Notes: a model not told the origin generated them from the letters alone. Shown: positions 29,652-40,562, counted from the first letter of the stretch. The stretch: 64,000 nt of DNA from Planctomycetota bacterium (GCA_031409275.1 JANNXA010000016.1:196269-260268), one strand, 5' to 3'. Numbers and translations are program-made.

Positions 29652-32600
29652 TCAGTCCGCCAGCGTGAGGCGCTGCCAACCGGCGTCGAGCGTCGTGGCG
29701 GCGGCATGCGCCGGGTCGTTCACGACCTGCACCCACCACCAGTTCCAGCGTTGCGGCTCGATCACGTCGAAGCTCGAGAGGCTCTGCAAGCGCGGGTCCC
29801 ACGGATCCTCGAGCGCGGCGCGGACGCGGTCATTCGCGACTCCGCCGTTCAACAGCGCGTACAGCAGCATCGGCTCGATTTCGGCGGCGCTCTCCCACGC
29901 GGACCCGCCGCCGCGGCGCGACGCGAAGAGCGGCAGCTCGAAGTAGCCCGAGTTCTGCTTGGGGTCGCGCAGCGGCGCGGTCGTCGGCGGCGTCGACTTC
30001 GACGCGGTGGCGATGTCGACGATCGTCGGGGCCCACAAGCGAAGCACCGCGCCCGCCGTGATCCCCTCACCGCTCACGCTGAAACGGCGCGGCGCTTCAT
30101 GGCGCAACCGCGTCAATCCGAAGCCTGACGGAGTCGCCGTCTTCGCCCAGCGCACCAGGCTGACTCCCAGCACGATCGTCGACGCGTCGGGTCGCAGCGG
30201 CGCCAGCGGCGGTCCATCGAGGAACGCCACCTGCAGCTGCGCGAGGTCCTCCCAGTTGTCGATCATCCGGGGGATCTCGGCGTTCGCGCTCATCGGCACG
30301 CAGCCCTCGAGACGCGCGCGCGTTGGCCGCGTCGCGCGCGTCACCGGCGGTGAACCGGCGCCAAGCCATGCGAGTCGGCGTTCGGCGCCGAGCGGCGTCG
30401 ATTGCACGAACAGGAGGTTGTCCGGCGCGAAGCGCGGGTCGGCCGGATCGAGCAGCGTCAACAGCGCCGCTCCGTCGAGGTCGGCCAGCGGAGCAAGCCC
30501 CGCCTGCGCCAGCTCGCGGTAGCTCGGCCGCGGTGCGGCGACGTCGAACCACAGTCCGTGCCACGCACCCTGCAGCCGCGCGTGCACTGCGAGACCGGAA
30601 TTCGCGGCGAGCGCCTGCGATTCGTGCATCGCCAGCTCGACGGCCAGCAATTTCGGCGCGATCGCTCGCGTCGCGACATCGAAGGTCGCGCCGCGTCCCA
30701 CGATCGGCGCGACCCCCGTGTCGAGCTGCCGCACGTAGCGCTCCAGATCCTCCGCCTGCGACGTGTCGACCGGGAAGAGTCCGCCGCGCACGAACAGGCT
30801 GATGAAGTCCGCGATCGACCAGCTTCCGTTCGCGAACAGCGGCGGCAGGTTCGGGGCGGTCTGCGCCGAGGAATGGCCGGTATGGGTCAGCCCGAACTCG
30901 CCGGTGCGAGCCGCGGTCGCGCGATCGGGAGCGCCGCGCAGCTCGCCGCTGTCGCGGTCGATCCAATGGCGACGCTTCTCCTTGCTGGCGAGGCCGCGCA
31001 GCTGCGGCGTCTCGAGCATCTGCTCCGCGAGCGGCGCGAACGCATGGAAGCGGCCCAACGTGAGGCGGTTGTTGCTGCCTTCGGGCAGTGAGTGGCAATG
31101 GACGCAGGAGAGTGCCGCGTCGAAGGTGCCGTCGCCGTCGAGGTCGACGTCGCGATCGCTGGGCAGGATGTGGAACAGCTTCTGGCCGCGCGCCGCCCCC
31201 GTGCCCACCGAAGGATCGTTGGCTTCGCGGGCGCGCTTGATCGGGTCATCGGGCGGCTGCGGCGTCGAATAGGCCGAGCCTTGCAGCGTGCGCGTCAGCG
31301 GCTCCTGCGGATTCGGCGGGTAGTGCATGGAGAAAGCGAAGCGACGGAACTTGGTCATCGCGGCGTCGGGCAAGCCCTTGTTGAAGTCGCCGTTGCCGCT
31401 GGTGTTGCCCGAGATCTCCGCCATCCCCATCAGGTTCACGAACGCCGCGTTGAAGTCCTCGAAGAGCCCCTTGTCGCCGCGCCAGTGGTAGGGACGGTTG
31501 CTGAAGGCGAAGTCCTGCGTGAAGTCGTTGCCCGGCAGCTCGAAGTTCACCAGTCCGACCAGGCTCTGCGTCTGCATCGGCCCTTTGGTCGCCGCGTTGG
31601 GGCCAAGCGCGAACGGCAGGTGGTTGGGATCGCCCTCATCGGGCAGCGCGTGGTTGCCGGCGAGGTTCCACGCCAGGAAGTCGCTGCGACCGAACAGGTG
31701 GCAGCTCGCGCACGAGGTATTGCGTCCGGCGCTGAGCTCGGAGGAATAGAGGAACGGCCGCCCCAGCTGCACGTGCCGCGCGGTCGGATCGGCGGCCAGT
31801 GGGAAATGGCCCACCACGAAAGTGCTGGGCTGGGCGAGCGGATAGTTCGGGTCGCAGACGGTGATCGAGCGGGTGCCGAGGTTCAGCACGAACAGGCGAT
31901 CGGACGGGTCGTTCGGCACTCCCGACTCGAGCAGCGCGAGCGCGCACGGCCCGCGCCACAGGCCATCGAGGCGGCCGGCATAGAACTGCCGCGTCGGGTC
32001 GCCGATGCGAACTCGATGGACCTGCCAGGCGTTCGGGCCACCGCTGCCCGGCAGCACGATCCCCATCGAATCGCTGCCGAGCCCCGCCGCGAAGACGCGC
32101 GTGCCGGGTCCGCCGCGCCCATAGACGCGCACGGCGACCGGCTGCACCACCGGCTGCGTGGCCATCGCGCCCGCATCGTCGTTGAGATCGATGCGCTCGA
32201 CGCTGCCGTTGCCGCGCACGCGGAAGAGCTGGCTCTTCACGAAACCGGTGCCGTTGGCCGACTTGGCGGCCATCACCGCCTCGCCCTGATCGTTCACGAA
32301 GTCGTTCAGCTGCTTGTGCAGGGCGGTCTGGCCCGCGACCCACAGGTCGCCGTTGCGCGCGAAATCGAAGTCGAAGTGCGAAGTGCCGAGTCCGCCGATC
32401 GGCGGGCGCGTCGCCGCACCGCGGTGCAGCGTGCGCACCAGGTCATCGCTGGCGAAGAGGTCGAAGTCGTACTCCTCGCCCGGGACGATCGACGGCACGC
32501 TGCCGCCGCGTCCGTTCAGGATCCACAGGCGGTCGGCGACGTTGGGCGCGTTCGCCGTCTTCGGCGCGAACGCGATGGCGAGCGGCTGCTTCACGCCTTG

Positions 32601-33263
32601 CGTGCGGGTCGGGTCGAGCAGTTCGATGGCGCCCGAATGGCCTTCCGGTGCGCCCGAAGATCCCGGCAGCATCAGCAGCGGCTGCAGCGACTCGCGATCG
32701 AACAGACCCATGCGTTGCGCGGCGCCAAACGTCACTACCAATGCGCGCCACGCCGATCCGCCCGGCAGCGAGTCGGGCCATGTCGCAAGTTCCGGCAGGA
32801 AGGCGATGCCAGTCGGCTCGTCGCCCACCGGCACCGTGCGACGCAACGTCACCAACGGGGGCTGGCTCGGGCGCCGCGGGTCGAGCGCGAGATCGAACGA
32901 CGTGATCGAGTCGCCGAGCCAGTTGGCGACGTAGCAGCGGCGCGAACCGTCGGCCGCCGCTTCCGGCCGCGCGACCACCGTGACCGGCTCCTGCCCGACC
33001 GCGACTCGAGCCTGGAATGTCAGCGCCCGCGCATCCCAGATCTCGACCGACGCGTCGGGGGTGTTGGCCACCAGCAAGAAGTCGCGACTGCCCACGCTGA
33101 CCACCGCCAGCGCATGGTGGGGCGGCGTCTCGAAGTTGAGATGGTCCGCGCCGCCTTGCGCGACAAGGGCGGGCGCGAAACCGACGATCGCAAGTGCGAG
33201 GCGACCGAACTTCGAGCTGCGCAAAGGAGCGACTCCGGCCTCCTGGACGCCGGCGGACGCCAT
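29652..33263 (-). CDS. Secreted YncE/YVTN beta-propeller fused to di-haem cytochrome c peroxidase-like domain
   Basis: Propeller repeats (LLVANTPD, VAVGQEP, YVANWLGDSI); CASCH and CVHCH; KGPMQTQSL, PYHWRGD, TPQLRGL; start uncertain (33263-33374). Confidence 0.8.
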   Translation of the reverse strand: MASAGVQEAGVAPLRSSKFGRLALAIVGFAPALVAQGGADHLNFETPPHHALAVVSVGSRDFLLVANTPDASVEIWDARALTFQARVAVGQEPVTVVARPEAAADGSRRCYVANWLGDSITSFDLALDPRRPSQPPLVTLRRTVPVGDEPTGIAFLPELATWPDSLPGGSAWRALVVTFGAAQRMGLFDRESLQPLLMLPGSSGAPEGHSGAIELLDPTRTQGVKQPLAIAFAPKTANAPNVADRLWILNGRGGSVPSIVPGEEYDFDLFASDDLVRTLHRGAATRPPIGGLGTSHFDFDFARNGDLWVAGQTALHKQLNDFVNDQGEAVMAAKSANGTGFVKSQLFRVRGNGSVERIDLNDDAGAMATQPVVQPVAVRVYGRGGPGTRVFAAGLGSDSMGIVLPGSGGPNAWQVHRVRIGDPTRQFYAGRLDGLWRGPCALALLESGVPNDPSDRLFVLNLGTRSITVCDPNYPLAQPSTFVVGHFPLAADPTARHVQLGRPFLYSSELSAGRNTSCASCHLFGRSDFLAWNLAGNHALPDEGDPNHLPFALGPNAATKGPMQTQSLVGLVNFELPGNDFTQDFAFSNRPYHWRGDKGLFEDFNAAFVNLMGMAEISGNTSGNGDFNKGLPDAAMTKFRRFAFSMHYPPNPQEPLTRTLQGSAYSTPQPPDDPIKRAREANDPSVGTGAARGQKLFHILPSDRDVDLDGDGTFDAALSCVHCHSLPEGSNNRLTLGRFHAFAPLAEQMLETPQLRGLASKEKRRHWIDRDSGELRGAPDRATAARTGEFGLTHTGHSSAQTAPNLPPLFANGSWSIADFISLFVRGGLFPVDTSQAEDLERYVRQLDTGVAPIVGRGATFDVATRAIAPKLLAVELAMHESQALAANSGLAVHARLQGAWHGLWFDVAAPRPSYRELAQAGLAPLADLDGAALLTLLDPADPRFAPDNLLFVQSTPLGAERRLAWLGAGSPPVTRATRPTRARLEGCVPMSANAEIPRMIDNWEDLAQLQVAFLDGPPLAPLRPDASTIVLGVSLVRWAKTATPSGFGLTRLRHEAPRRFSVSGEGITAGAVLRLWAPTIVDIATASKSTPPTTAPLRDPKQNSGYFELPLFASRRGGGSAWESAAEIEPMLLYALLNGGVANDRVRAALEDPWDPRLQSLSSFDVIEPQRWNWWWVQVVNDPAHAAATTLDAGWQRLTLAD

Positions 33264-33372
33264 GGGAGGGGCACCATTCAACGGGCGCATCGGCGCTCTC
33301 GCCAGTGCGTCATCGCGTCCGCCAGGCGCGACGCCCGTATCCTGCCTCCCCCCTTTCTGGCAGCTTTTTCCC

Positions 33373-34740
33373 ATGCCTTCGCCTCGGCCTTCCTTGCCGC
33401 GTCCCGCCCGTCGCCGCTCGCTCGGCCTCGCCGTGCCTGAGGGGATGCTCTACGCCGGCATGGTCGGCTGCGCGGAAACGTGGTTCGTCGTCGACGCGAT
33501 CCGGCTCGGAGCCAGCGCGTTTGAGCAAGCGCTCGTGGTGGGCTTGCCGCTCGGCATCGGGGCGATCGGCCCCATGCTGGCGCTTCGGCTCATGCGCAGC
33601 GTCGACTCCCGACGTCGACTCGTCGCGGCGTTCACGTCGCTCCAATCGCTCGCGCTGCTGCTGATGGCGCTGCTCGATGCGCTGGGTCGGCAGACGCCGA
33701 CGATGCTGATCGCGGGCGCGAGCCTCTACCAGATCGCCGGTCAGGGCGCGTCGCCGCCGTGGACCTCGTGGTACGGCGATCTGGTGCCCGAGCGGATGCG
33801 CGGCAACTACTTCGCTCGCCGCATGAAGGCGGTGCAGGCCACCATCTGCGCCTCGATGGTCGTCGCCGGAATCACGCTGCAGGCACTCGAGCCGCGATTG
33901 GTGTTCGGCGCCGCGACGACCGCGTGGTGGCCCGAGTTCGCCGTGCCGGGCCGCGGCTTCGCGCTGATCTTCCTGCTGGCCGGCTTGTCGCGCGCAGCGT
34001 CGACGGTGCTGCTGCTCCTCTCGCCGGAGCCGGCGTTCGCGGGGCTGGCCACCGCCGGCAAGATGATCCAGTTCCTGCGCACCGCACGCGGCAACAACAC
34101 CTGGCGCCTCATCCTCGGCAGCGCCGGCTTCTATGCGGTCGTCTACTTGAGCGGCTCCTTCGTGCTGCCGTTCCTCGCCCAGGAACTGCACTTCTCCTAC
34201 TTGATGCTGATGGCGGCGCTCGCGCTGCAGATCGCCTTGAAGGCGGCGCTGCAGAGTCGCTTCGGTGTCTGGATCGATCGCCACGGCGCACGCGCCGTCT
34301 GGCTGCTCGGCGCGATCGGCTGCGCGCTGGTGCCGCTGCCGTATTTGTGGGCTGAAGGCTGGCCGTGGGTCTTCCTGTCGCAATTCGTCGCCGGCCTCAC
34401 CTGGGGTTGCTTCGAGATCGCGCTGTTCGTGCTCTTGCTGCAGACGACGTTCCGTGCCACGCGGCCGCACGCCATCGCCGCGCAGACCGGCTTGAATGGC
34501 CTCGCGCAGCTCACCGGCAGCCTGCTCGGCGGCCTCATCCTCACTGCGACCGGCCGCAACTTCCGCCTGCTGTTCCTGATCAGCATCGCGCTGCGCTGTG
34601 GGCTCGCGCTGTGGCTCCCGCGACTGGTGCGACCGCGCCAGGGCGGCGGCGATCTCGGCGCCCGCGCGCTCCTGCGCCGCATGGCCGGCATCGCGCCACC
34701 CGCGGAACGCGTCGCCGCGGAGGAGGTGCGAGGTCCGTAG
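33373..34740 (+). CDS. MFS transporter
   Basis: About 12 TM helices; WTSWYGDLVPERMRGNYFARR; FGVWIDRHG. Confidence 0.88.
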   Translation: MPSPRPSLPRPARRRSLGLAVPEGMLYAGMVGCAETWFVVDAIRLGASAFEQALVVGLPLGIGAIGPMLALRLMRSVDSRRRLVAAFTSLQSLALLLMALLDALGRQTPTMLIAGASLYQIAGQGASPPWTSWYGDLVPERMRGNYFARRMKAVQATICASMVVAGITLQALEPRLVFGAATTAWWPEFAVPGRGFALIFLLAGLSRAASTVLLLLSPEPAFAGLATAGKMIQFLRTARGNNTWRLILGSAGFYAVVYLSGSFVLPFLAQELHFSYLMLMAALALQIALKAALQSRFGVWIDRHGARAVWLLGAIGCALVPLPYLWAEGWPWVFLSQFVAGLTWGCFEIALFVLLLQTTFRATRPHAIAAQTGLNGLAQLTGSLLGGLILTATGRNFRLLFLISIALRCGLALWLPRLVRPRQGGGDLGARALLRRMAGIAPPAERVAAEEVRGP

Positions 34741-34836
34741 CAAAGCGAGGGACAGCTCGGCGGCGCGGCGACGGGCACGGGAAACGTCCGCGCTACGCTG
34801 CTCCGAGCGCTACGCCGGAGTGAGTGGAGACTGCCC

Positions 34837-37449
34837 GTGACGATCCGCTTCGTGTTGGGTGCGATCGTGGCCGCTGCGTTTGCGACCCCGCAGTCGGCAC
34901 CGCTTCCGAACGTCGCGCCCGACGCGGCCTTCGCGGCCGATCGCGCTGCCCTGCTGACTCGCCTCGCGCCCCACCCCTACTTCCAGCGCGTCGAGCTGGT
35001 GGCGTGCAGTGACTTCGCGCCGACGTTGTGGTTGGTGCAGCGACCGGCCAACGCGAAACCCGGCTTCGAGCGCGACTTCGCGGCGCAATGCGAGCCGTGG
35101 GTCGCGGCCGCTCGCAAGCTCCTGCGCGATGAATTCGGCGCCGTCTTGCCCGATGCGCGCCGCTCCGGCCGTGCGCTCGATGCGCTCGTCGTGCTGGCGA
35201 GCGAGGGCGACTTCGGCAACTACTGGAAGCTCTGCGGCAACGCTGATTCGAGCGGCGTGAACCACTGGAATGGCGACCTCGCCCTCGGGGTGCTCAAGCG
35301 CGATGTCTTCGAGACCCCGAACGACGCGCTCGATCGCGCCAACGTCCTCTACCTCGTCATGCGCTCGCTGCTCGACGCCGCGCGCGTCGGCGATCCCGCC
35401 GCGGCGCCGTGCGATCTCTGGGTGCGCGAGGGACTCGCCTTCGCGGTGGGTGGCCACGATGGCGATGCCAAGGCGCCACACGTCGGCGTCTTGCCCCAGT
35501 CCACGCTGCGCTGGTACCTGCAACAGCTGCTCGATCCGGAGCAACGACGAACCGCGTTCCTGCCGATCGACGAGCTGCTTCGGATCGGCGACTGGAGCGG
35601 GCTGCTGCAGTCGCAGTCGCGACGTACTGGCGCGACGATCGCGGCGGACAACGCTGCCGGGGTCGCCGCCCGCTACGCGTTCATCGGCGAGTCGGCGCTC
35701 TTCGTCCACTGGCTCCTGCATGAGGAGACGAGCAAGGGCAAGGCGCTCCTCCTCGAGCGGCTCGCGTCCCATCTCGGCACCGGCCCATCGTTGAAAGCGG
35801 CTCCGGTGGTGATCGATGCGGCGCAGTTGCAGGCCGGCTTCGTGCAGTTCCTGGCGCGCGAGGCGAAGCGCTCGTTGCCGCCGGAGTTGCAGCTCCCACC
35901 GGAAGTCGTCACTTCGCTCGCACAGGAAGCGGGCGACGGAACCGGCACGAACGGCGCAGCCGCGGTCACTGCCAGCGCGAACGGCGGCTTCACCAGCAAG
36001 TTGCTCGACCCGGCGTTCGACCCGGCGCTCCTGCTCGAGGAGCCTCTGCCGCCTGAAGGAGCGCTCGGCATGGCGCTGCTGCAGGCAGCCGCCGGCGACC
36101 TCGACGGCGCGGCGGCGGCCATCGCCACGCTGATCGCCGCTCTGCCGGCAGACGATGAGCTCGCCAAGCGGGCGCAACGCGACCGCGCGCGCCTGAAGGA
36201 GCTCAGCGACGCGCGGCGCGAGTTCTTCACTGCCGCGAGTGCCGAGAAGCGCAAGCTCCGGTTCGACCACGAAGGGGCCGCGCAGAGCGGAACGTTGCAG
36301 GAGATCGACGGCGACGTGCTGCTGTTGGTGGGCGCCAAGGGCGTCGTCGTGCGCGTGCCGCTGGCCACCGTGTCGTGCGAAGAGCTGCTGCGCGAGATGA
36401 GCGAGTGCAAGCGCGAGACCGGCAGCGCCGTCGCCCGCGCCTACGCAGCGCTACTGGCCGGTCGCAAGAGCTACGCGAAGGCGGCCGCTGGCACGACTCC
36501 CGACGAACTCGCGCTGCGAGCCGACGGCGCCGCAACTCCGCCACTGCTGACGACCGGAGCGGCGGCCCGCCTCGTCGAGTCGCTCGCGCGCGCCCCGCGG
36601 CCGGCGACCGTCGCGCACGGCGAAGCAACGCTCGAAACGTTGCGCGCGCTGCTCCACGACCATCGTCGCGAGCCGTTGCTGCTGGCACGACTGCCGACGC
36701 TGCGCACGCTCGCCGCCTTCGCGAGCGCTCCGCTCTACGAAGCGCGCGGGTTGCCGGGCCTTCCGCTCGCGGCGAAGGTCGAGCACCTCGGCGAGGGACG
36801 CGTCCGGATCACCTGGGACTTCGAGAAACCGGAGCAGGCCGGCGACTTCGAGCCGGCGCCGGTGCGCGGTGACCTGCGCGGCAACCACGAGCTCAAGATC
36901 CCGGCCAAGGACTCCTACGCGCGAATCGACGGCGGAGCGCTCCGCCTGCGCGGCGCCTCCTATTGGCGCAGCAAGCTCGCCTTCGCGGCGCCGCTCACCT
37001 GCCGCTACCGATTCGCCTACATCGAGCCCACGCCCTTTATCGAGGAGTCGGTCTGCAGCCTCTCGCTCCTGCTGTGCGATGACGGCGGCAAGCGGCTGCT
37101 GAAGACCTTCGACATGGCCGGCATCGAGGTGCGCGACACGGGCAAGTTCGAGCAGAAGAACGAGCCGACGGTCACCGACTGGGACGTCGCGTACGACGTC
37201 ACGGTCTTGCACGACGGCAAGCGGGCGACGCTGAGCTGCAAGGGGTTTCCCGATCGCTTCGTTCCGGTCCACACGAGGCAGTCGGGGCTGCTCGGCGTCA
37301 TGAGCTTCAGCGATGTCGAGGTGCGCCTCGACGAGCTCGTGCTCGAAGCCAGCCTCGACCCGGCGTTGCTCGGCAAGCTGCGCGAAACGTGGCTCGAGCA
37401 GGAACTCGCCGCGCTCTTCGACGGAAAGCCCGCGAAGCCCAAACGGTAG
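34837..37449 (+). CDS. Large secreted hypothetical protein
   Basis: 870 aa ORF, GGAGA RBS, signal peptide; WVREGLA resembles DUF1570/peptidase-MA-like proteins but no HExxH; beta-rich C-terminal domain. Confidence 0.7.
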   Translation: MTIRFVLGAIVAAAFATPQSAPLPNVAPDAAFAADRAALLTRLAPHPYFQRVELVACSDFAPTLWLVQRPANAKPGFERDFAAQCEPWVAAARKLLRDEFGAVLPDARRSGRALDALVVLASEGDFGNYWKLCGNADSSGVNHWNGDLALGVLKRDVFETPNDALDRANVLYLVMRSLLDAARVGDPAAAPCDLWVREGLAFAVGGHDGDAKAPHVGVLPQSTLRWYLQQLLDPEQRRTAFLPIDELLRIGDWSGLLQSQSRRTGATIAADNAAGVAARYAFIGESALFVHWLLHEETSKGKALLLERLASHLGTGPSLKAAPVVIDAAQLQAGFVQFLAREAKRSLPPELQLPPEVVTSLAQEAGDGTGTNGAAAVTASANGGFTSKLLDPAFDPALLLEEPLPPEGALGMALLQAAAGDLDGAAAAIATLIAALPADDELAKRAQRDRARLKELSDARREFFTAASAEKRKLRFDHEGAAQSGTLQEIDGDVLLLVGAKGVVVRVPLATVSCEELLREMSECKRETGSAVARAYAALLAGRKSYAKAAAGTTPDELALRADGAATPPLLTTGAAARLVESLARAPRPATVAHGEATLETLRALLHDHRREPLLLARLPTLRTLAAFASAPLYEARGLPGLPLAAKVEHLGEGRVRITWDFEKPEQAGDFEPAPVRGDLRGNHELKIPAKDSYARIDGGALRLRGASYWRSKLAFAAPLTCRYRFAYIEPTPFIEESVCSLSLLLCDDGGKRLLKTFDMAGIEVRDTGKFEQKNEPTVTDWDVAYDVTVLHDGKRATLSCKGFPDRFVPVHTRQSGLLGVMSFSDVEVRLDELVLEASLDPALLGKLRETWLEQELAALFDGKPAKPKR

Positions 37450-37542
37450 GCGCACGAACGGCCGTGGGACGGCCCATTTCCGATCCGGGTCCTCGTCCAT
37501 GTCCTCTCCGGAGTCGCCGGGGAGCTTGAAGGAGGTCCTCGC

Positions 37543-38500
37543 TTGATTCGGAAGCGCGGGTGGCCGGCGGTGGCGGTCGCTTCGCTGGCCGGATCTATGG
37601 CGGCTCCGACCGACCTCTGGACGCTTCGCGGCACCCGCCCGAATGGAGCCTTCGGCTCGGTCGCGACCCTCGACGATCTCGATGGCGACGGGGTGCAAGA
37701 GACCGCCGTCGGCGAGACGGGCGACTTCAACCGTTTTTCGAGCGAGCCTGGCCGCGTCGACGTCGACTCCGGACTCGATCGCGCGCTGCGGTACGAGTTC
37801 GTGGTCGACCCGCCCGGCGACTGCTGCGGCCTCGCGGTCGCGAACTCCGGCGACGTGAATGGTGACGGCGTCTCCGACCTCGCCGTCGGCGCCATGCAGT
37901 GGATCGATTGGAAGACGACGGGATCGGCTACGTGCGCCTCTTCTCCAGCGCCGATGGCAGCGTGATCGGGGCGCTGCAGGGCACGCAGCTCGACGCGGTG
38001 TTCGGCACCGCGGTCAGCAGCGCCGGTGACGTCGCCACCGACGGTTTCGACGACGTGCTGGTGAGCGCGCAGTGGGCGACGGTGAACGGCATCGCCGACG
38101 CGGGCGCGATGCACGTCTTCTCCGGCCAGACGGGCGCCGAGCGGTTCCGGTTCGGCGGCACCTACTACTTCAACGATTGTGGCACCGCGCTCTCGCCGCT
38201 CGGCGACGTCAATCAGGACGGCCACGGCGAGTTCGTGGTCGGCTCCTGCGCTGAGGTCGTGAACGGCGCGTCCGTCGGCGTCCGACAGCGGCTTCGAGCT
38301 CGGGCGCGTGAACGTCTACTCCGAAGCGACCGGCGCCGTGCTCATGACCGAGTTCGGCAAGAACGTCGGCCCCGACGTCGCACCCGACCTGAGCCTCATC
38401 GGTGTCGAGTTCTTCGCGCAAGCGCTCGAAGTCGACCTCGGCGCCGCTCACAAGCTCTCCTTCACCCCCTGGCCTCCAGTTGGTGATCGGCGGCAGCTGA
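37543..38500 (+). pseudogene. Frameshifted, internally deleted FG-GAP/integrin-alpha repeat gene
   Basis: FG-GAP repeats (DLDGDG, GDVNGDGVSDLAVGA, GDVNQDGHGEFVVG) spread over three frames; shifts near 37920, ~38290 and 38465-38469; the restored C-terminus reads ...LSFTPGLQLVIGGS* (TGA 38498-38500). Confidence 0.8.
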
Positions 38501-38516
38501 TCTCGCCGCCCAAAAT

Positions 38517-38598
38517 GGTGGCGGGGATCTTTCCACCGCCGTGCCCGCACACGGTGCGGCTCGCGCGGATGAAAGATCCCCGCCACCTGTTCGACGGC
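38517..38598 (+). repeat. REPIN-like palindrome copy B
   Basis: GGTGGCGGGGATCTTT...AAAGATCCCCGCCACC (71-bp core, same length as copy A) plus TGTTCGACGGC tail. Confidence 0.85.
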
Positions 38599-38636
38599 GC
38601 CAGGTGCCACGAAGGCTCCGGGGTCGAGCGGCGACT

Positions 38637-40451
38637 TCAACCGGCGCGCGGGAAGCCGGTGATCGCAACGACCGACGAGAGCGGAACGCTCGTTCCGCCG
38701 CGGGGCCAGTGGCTGGTGAGCTCGTCGCGCGACTTCGAAACTTCGCCCGGGTGCTGCACGGAGAGGAAGAGCGTCGTGCCGTCGGGCGTGAAGCAGGGGC
38801 CGGTCAGCTCGCCGTCGACGGGACCGGACGCGAGCTGCACGGCAACTCCGGCTTGCGGCCCGCTCGTGCGGAAGAAGAAGAGGCCGTTGTTGCCGCGCGC
38901 ACCGTAGTTCTCGCCGCCGATCTCCTCCGACGTCATGTCCGACGTGACCCAGAGGTCGCCGTTGCCGTCGAACGCGAGGTTGTCGGGGCAAGAGAAGCCG
39001 GCGTCCGGGCCGCCGACCGCGAAGTCGCTCCACTCGAACTCGAGCGCCGCCGGCTCGCCGCCCGCCTCCACCAGGCGCACGATGCGCCCATGCCAATCGG
39101 CTGGCGTCTTCTTCTTGTGATTGGTGAGCGCGACGAAGAGGCTGCCATCCAGCGGATGGACCTCGGCATCCTCGGGTCGCTCGAGCGGCGTCGCGCCGAG
39201 CACCTTCGCCGCCGCCGGAGCGTCCGCCAGGACCTCGGCCTGGCTCGCGAAGAGTGGTGTCCCGTCCGCCTTCTTCGCCTCGCGCAGCTTCGCCTGCGCC
39301 GCAAGGTCGAGCAGCAACCAGCGCCCGCGCTTGCGCTTCACGCTGGGATCGTCGTACGCGTCGATCTGCGCCACGTACAGCCGACCTGACTCGAGCAGCG
39401 CACGGTCCTTCGCACGCTCTCCGCTCACCTTGCCTTCGGCGACGAACTTGTAGAGGGAGGCGTCGTTCTTGTCGTCGCCCATGTAGCCGACGAGCGTGCC
39501 ATCAGCGCCGACGCGCATCGCAACGTTCTCGTGCCGGAAACGGCCCATCGCCGTGTGCTTGCGCGGCGTGCTGGTCGGATCGAACGGATCGATCTCGACC
39601 ACCCAGCCCCAATGGCGCTTCGAGGCGTACGGCTCCTTTGGCCAGCGGTAGAGGAAGAGCGGATCCTCGGACGCGAACTCGTGGAAATTCTCCTCGCACG
39701 AGAGGACGCTGCCCCACGGAGTGCGACCGCCCGAGCAGTTGGCCAGCGTGCCGCGCGCGCTCGGGCCACCGTCGATCGCCGCCGCCGGCCCCGTGAGCTG
39801 ATGCAGCGTGTTCGCATCGAGGCGCCGCGTGTAGGGCGAATCGGCGACGAGCCGCCACGTGCCTTTCGAATCGCGACGAACGTGCAGCACGGAAAGGCCG
39901 ACGCCGTGCTGCTCGGCCGCCACGTGGCGCGGCTCCTTGCGCTCGCCAGGGTTCCAATCGGGATGGAAGAGCTGCAGCGTGAGCCCCTCGTGGTTGACCA
40001 CCAGCAATCCCTCGCTGCTCGATGCCGCCGCGTTCGCGAAGCCCCGATGCGGCGCGGCACGATCGGAAGGGTGGTCGTGGTGATCGATCGCGAGGAACGC
40101 GGTGTGGTCGCAGCCACCGCCGAAGAGCCCGGTCACACGGCCGCTCGCGTCGTGCAGCAGCGGTTCTCCCTCGCTGGCCAACGTCGAAAGGTTCAGCTCC
40201 GGCGCCAACCGAAAGGCGTCGTCGCGCGTCGGCGCGATCGGCGTGAAAGGCAGTCCTTCGAGCCGAGCAGCCGGCCCCGACGCCGCGCCCGTCAGCGTGG
40301 TCGCCCGTCCCGTCGCCAGCCGCCACACGAACGGCCCCGGCAGGAACGCCCCGACCGCCGAGCCGAGCGCGAGCTTCAGCACGTCGCGGCGCGGGAGCTG
40401 ATTCGAGGTCGAATCCGACGCGGCGGAAGATTTGGAAGAAGTCGGTTTCAT
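38637..40451 (-). CDS. phoX: PhoX-family alkaline phosphatase (DUF839), Tat-exported
   Basis: Tat motif PRRDVLK; VVNHE, NCSGGRTPWGSVLSCEEN, MGRFRHE, RPED, PDN, ELTGPCF, SVQHPGE. Confidence 0.92.
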   Translation of the reverse strand: MKPTSSKSSAASDSTSNQLPRRDVLKLALGSAVGAFLPGPFVWRLATGRATTLTGAASGPAARLEGLPFTPIAPTRDDAFRLAPELNLSTLASEGEPLLHDASGRVTGLFGGGCDHTAFLAIDHHDHPSDRAAPHRGFANAAASSSEGLLVVNHEGLTLQLFHPDWNPGERKEPRHVAAEQHGVGLSVLHVRRDSKGTWRLVADSPYTRRLDANTLHQLTGPAAAIDGGPSARGTLANCSGGRTPWGSVLSCEENFHEFASEDPLFLYRWPKEPYASKRHWGWVVEIDPFDPTSTPRKHTAMGRFRHENVAMRVGADGTLVGYMGDDKNDASLYKFVAEGKVSGERAKDRALLESGRLYVAQIDAYDDPSVKRKRGRWLLLDLAAQAKLREAKKADGTPLFASQAEVLADAPAAAKVLGATPLERPEDAEVHPLDGSLFVALTNHKKKTPADWHGRIVRLVEAGGEPAALEFEWSDFAVGGPDAGFSCPDNLAFDGNGDLWVTSDMTSEEIGGENYGARGNNGLFFFRTSGPQAGVAVQLASGPVDGELTGPCFTPDGTTLFLSVQHPGEVSKSRDELTSHWPRGGTSVPLSSVVAITGFPRAG

Positions 40452-40562
40452 CGAGGCGCTCCGGAATCACGCGGATGGCGACGCCACGACTGCGATGGCG
40501 CCACCCATAGGCCGGAACCTATCCGCGCTGGATGAAGAGCCGATGAAAGCGGCCGCTGCAGC

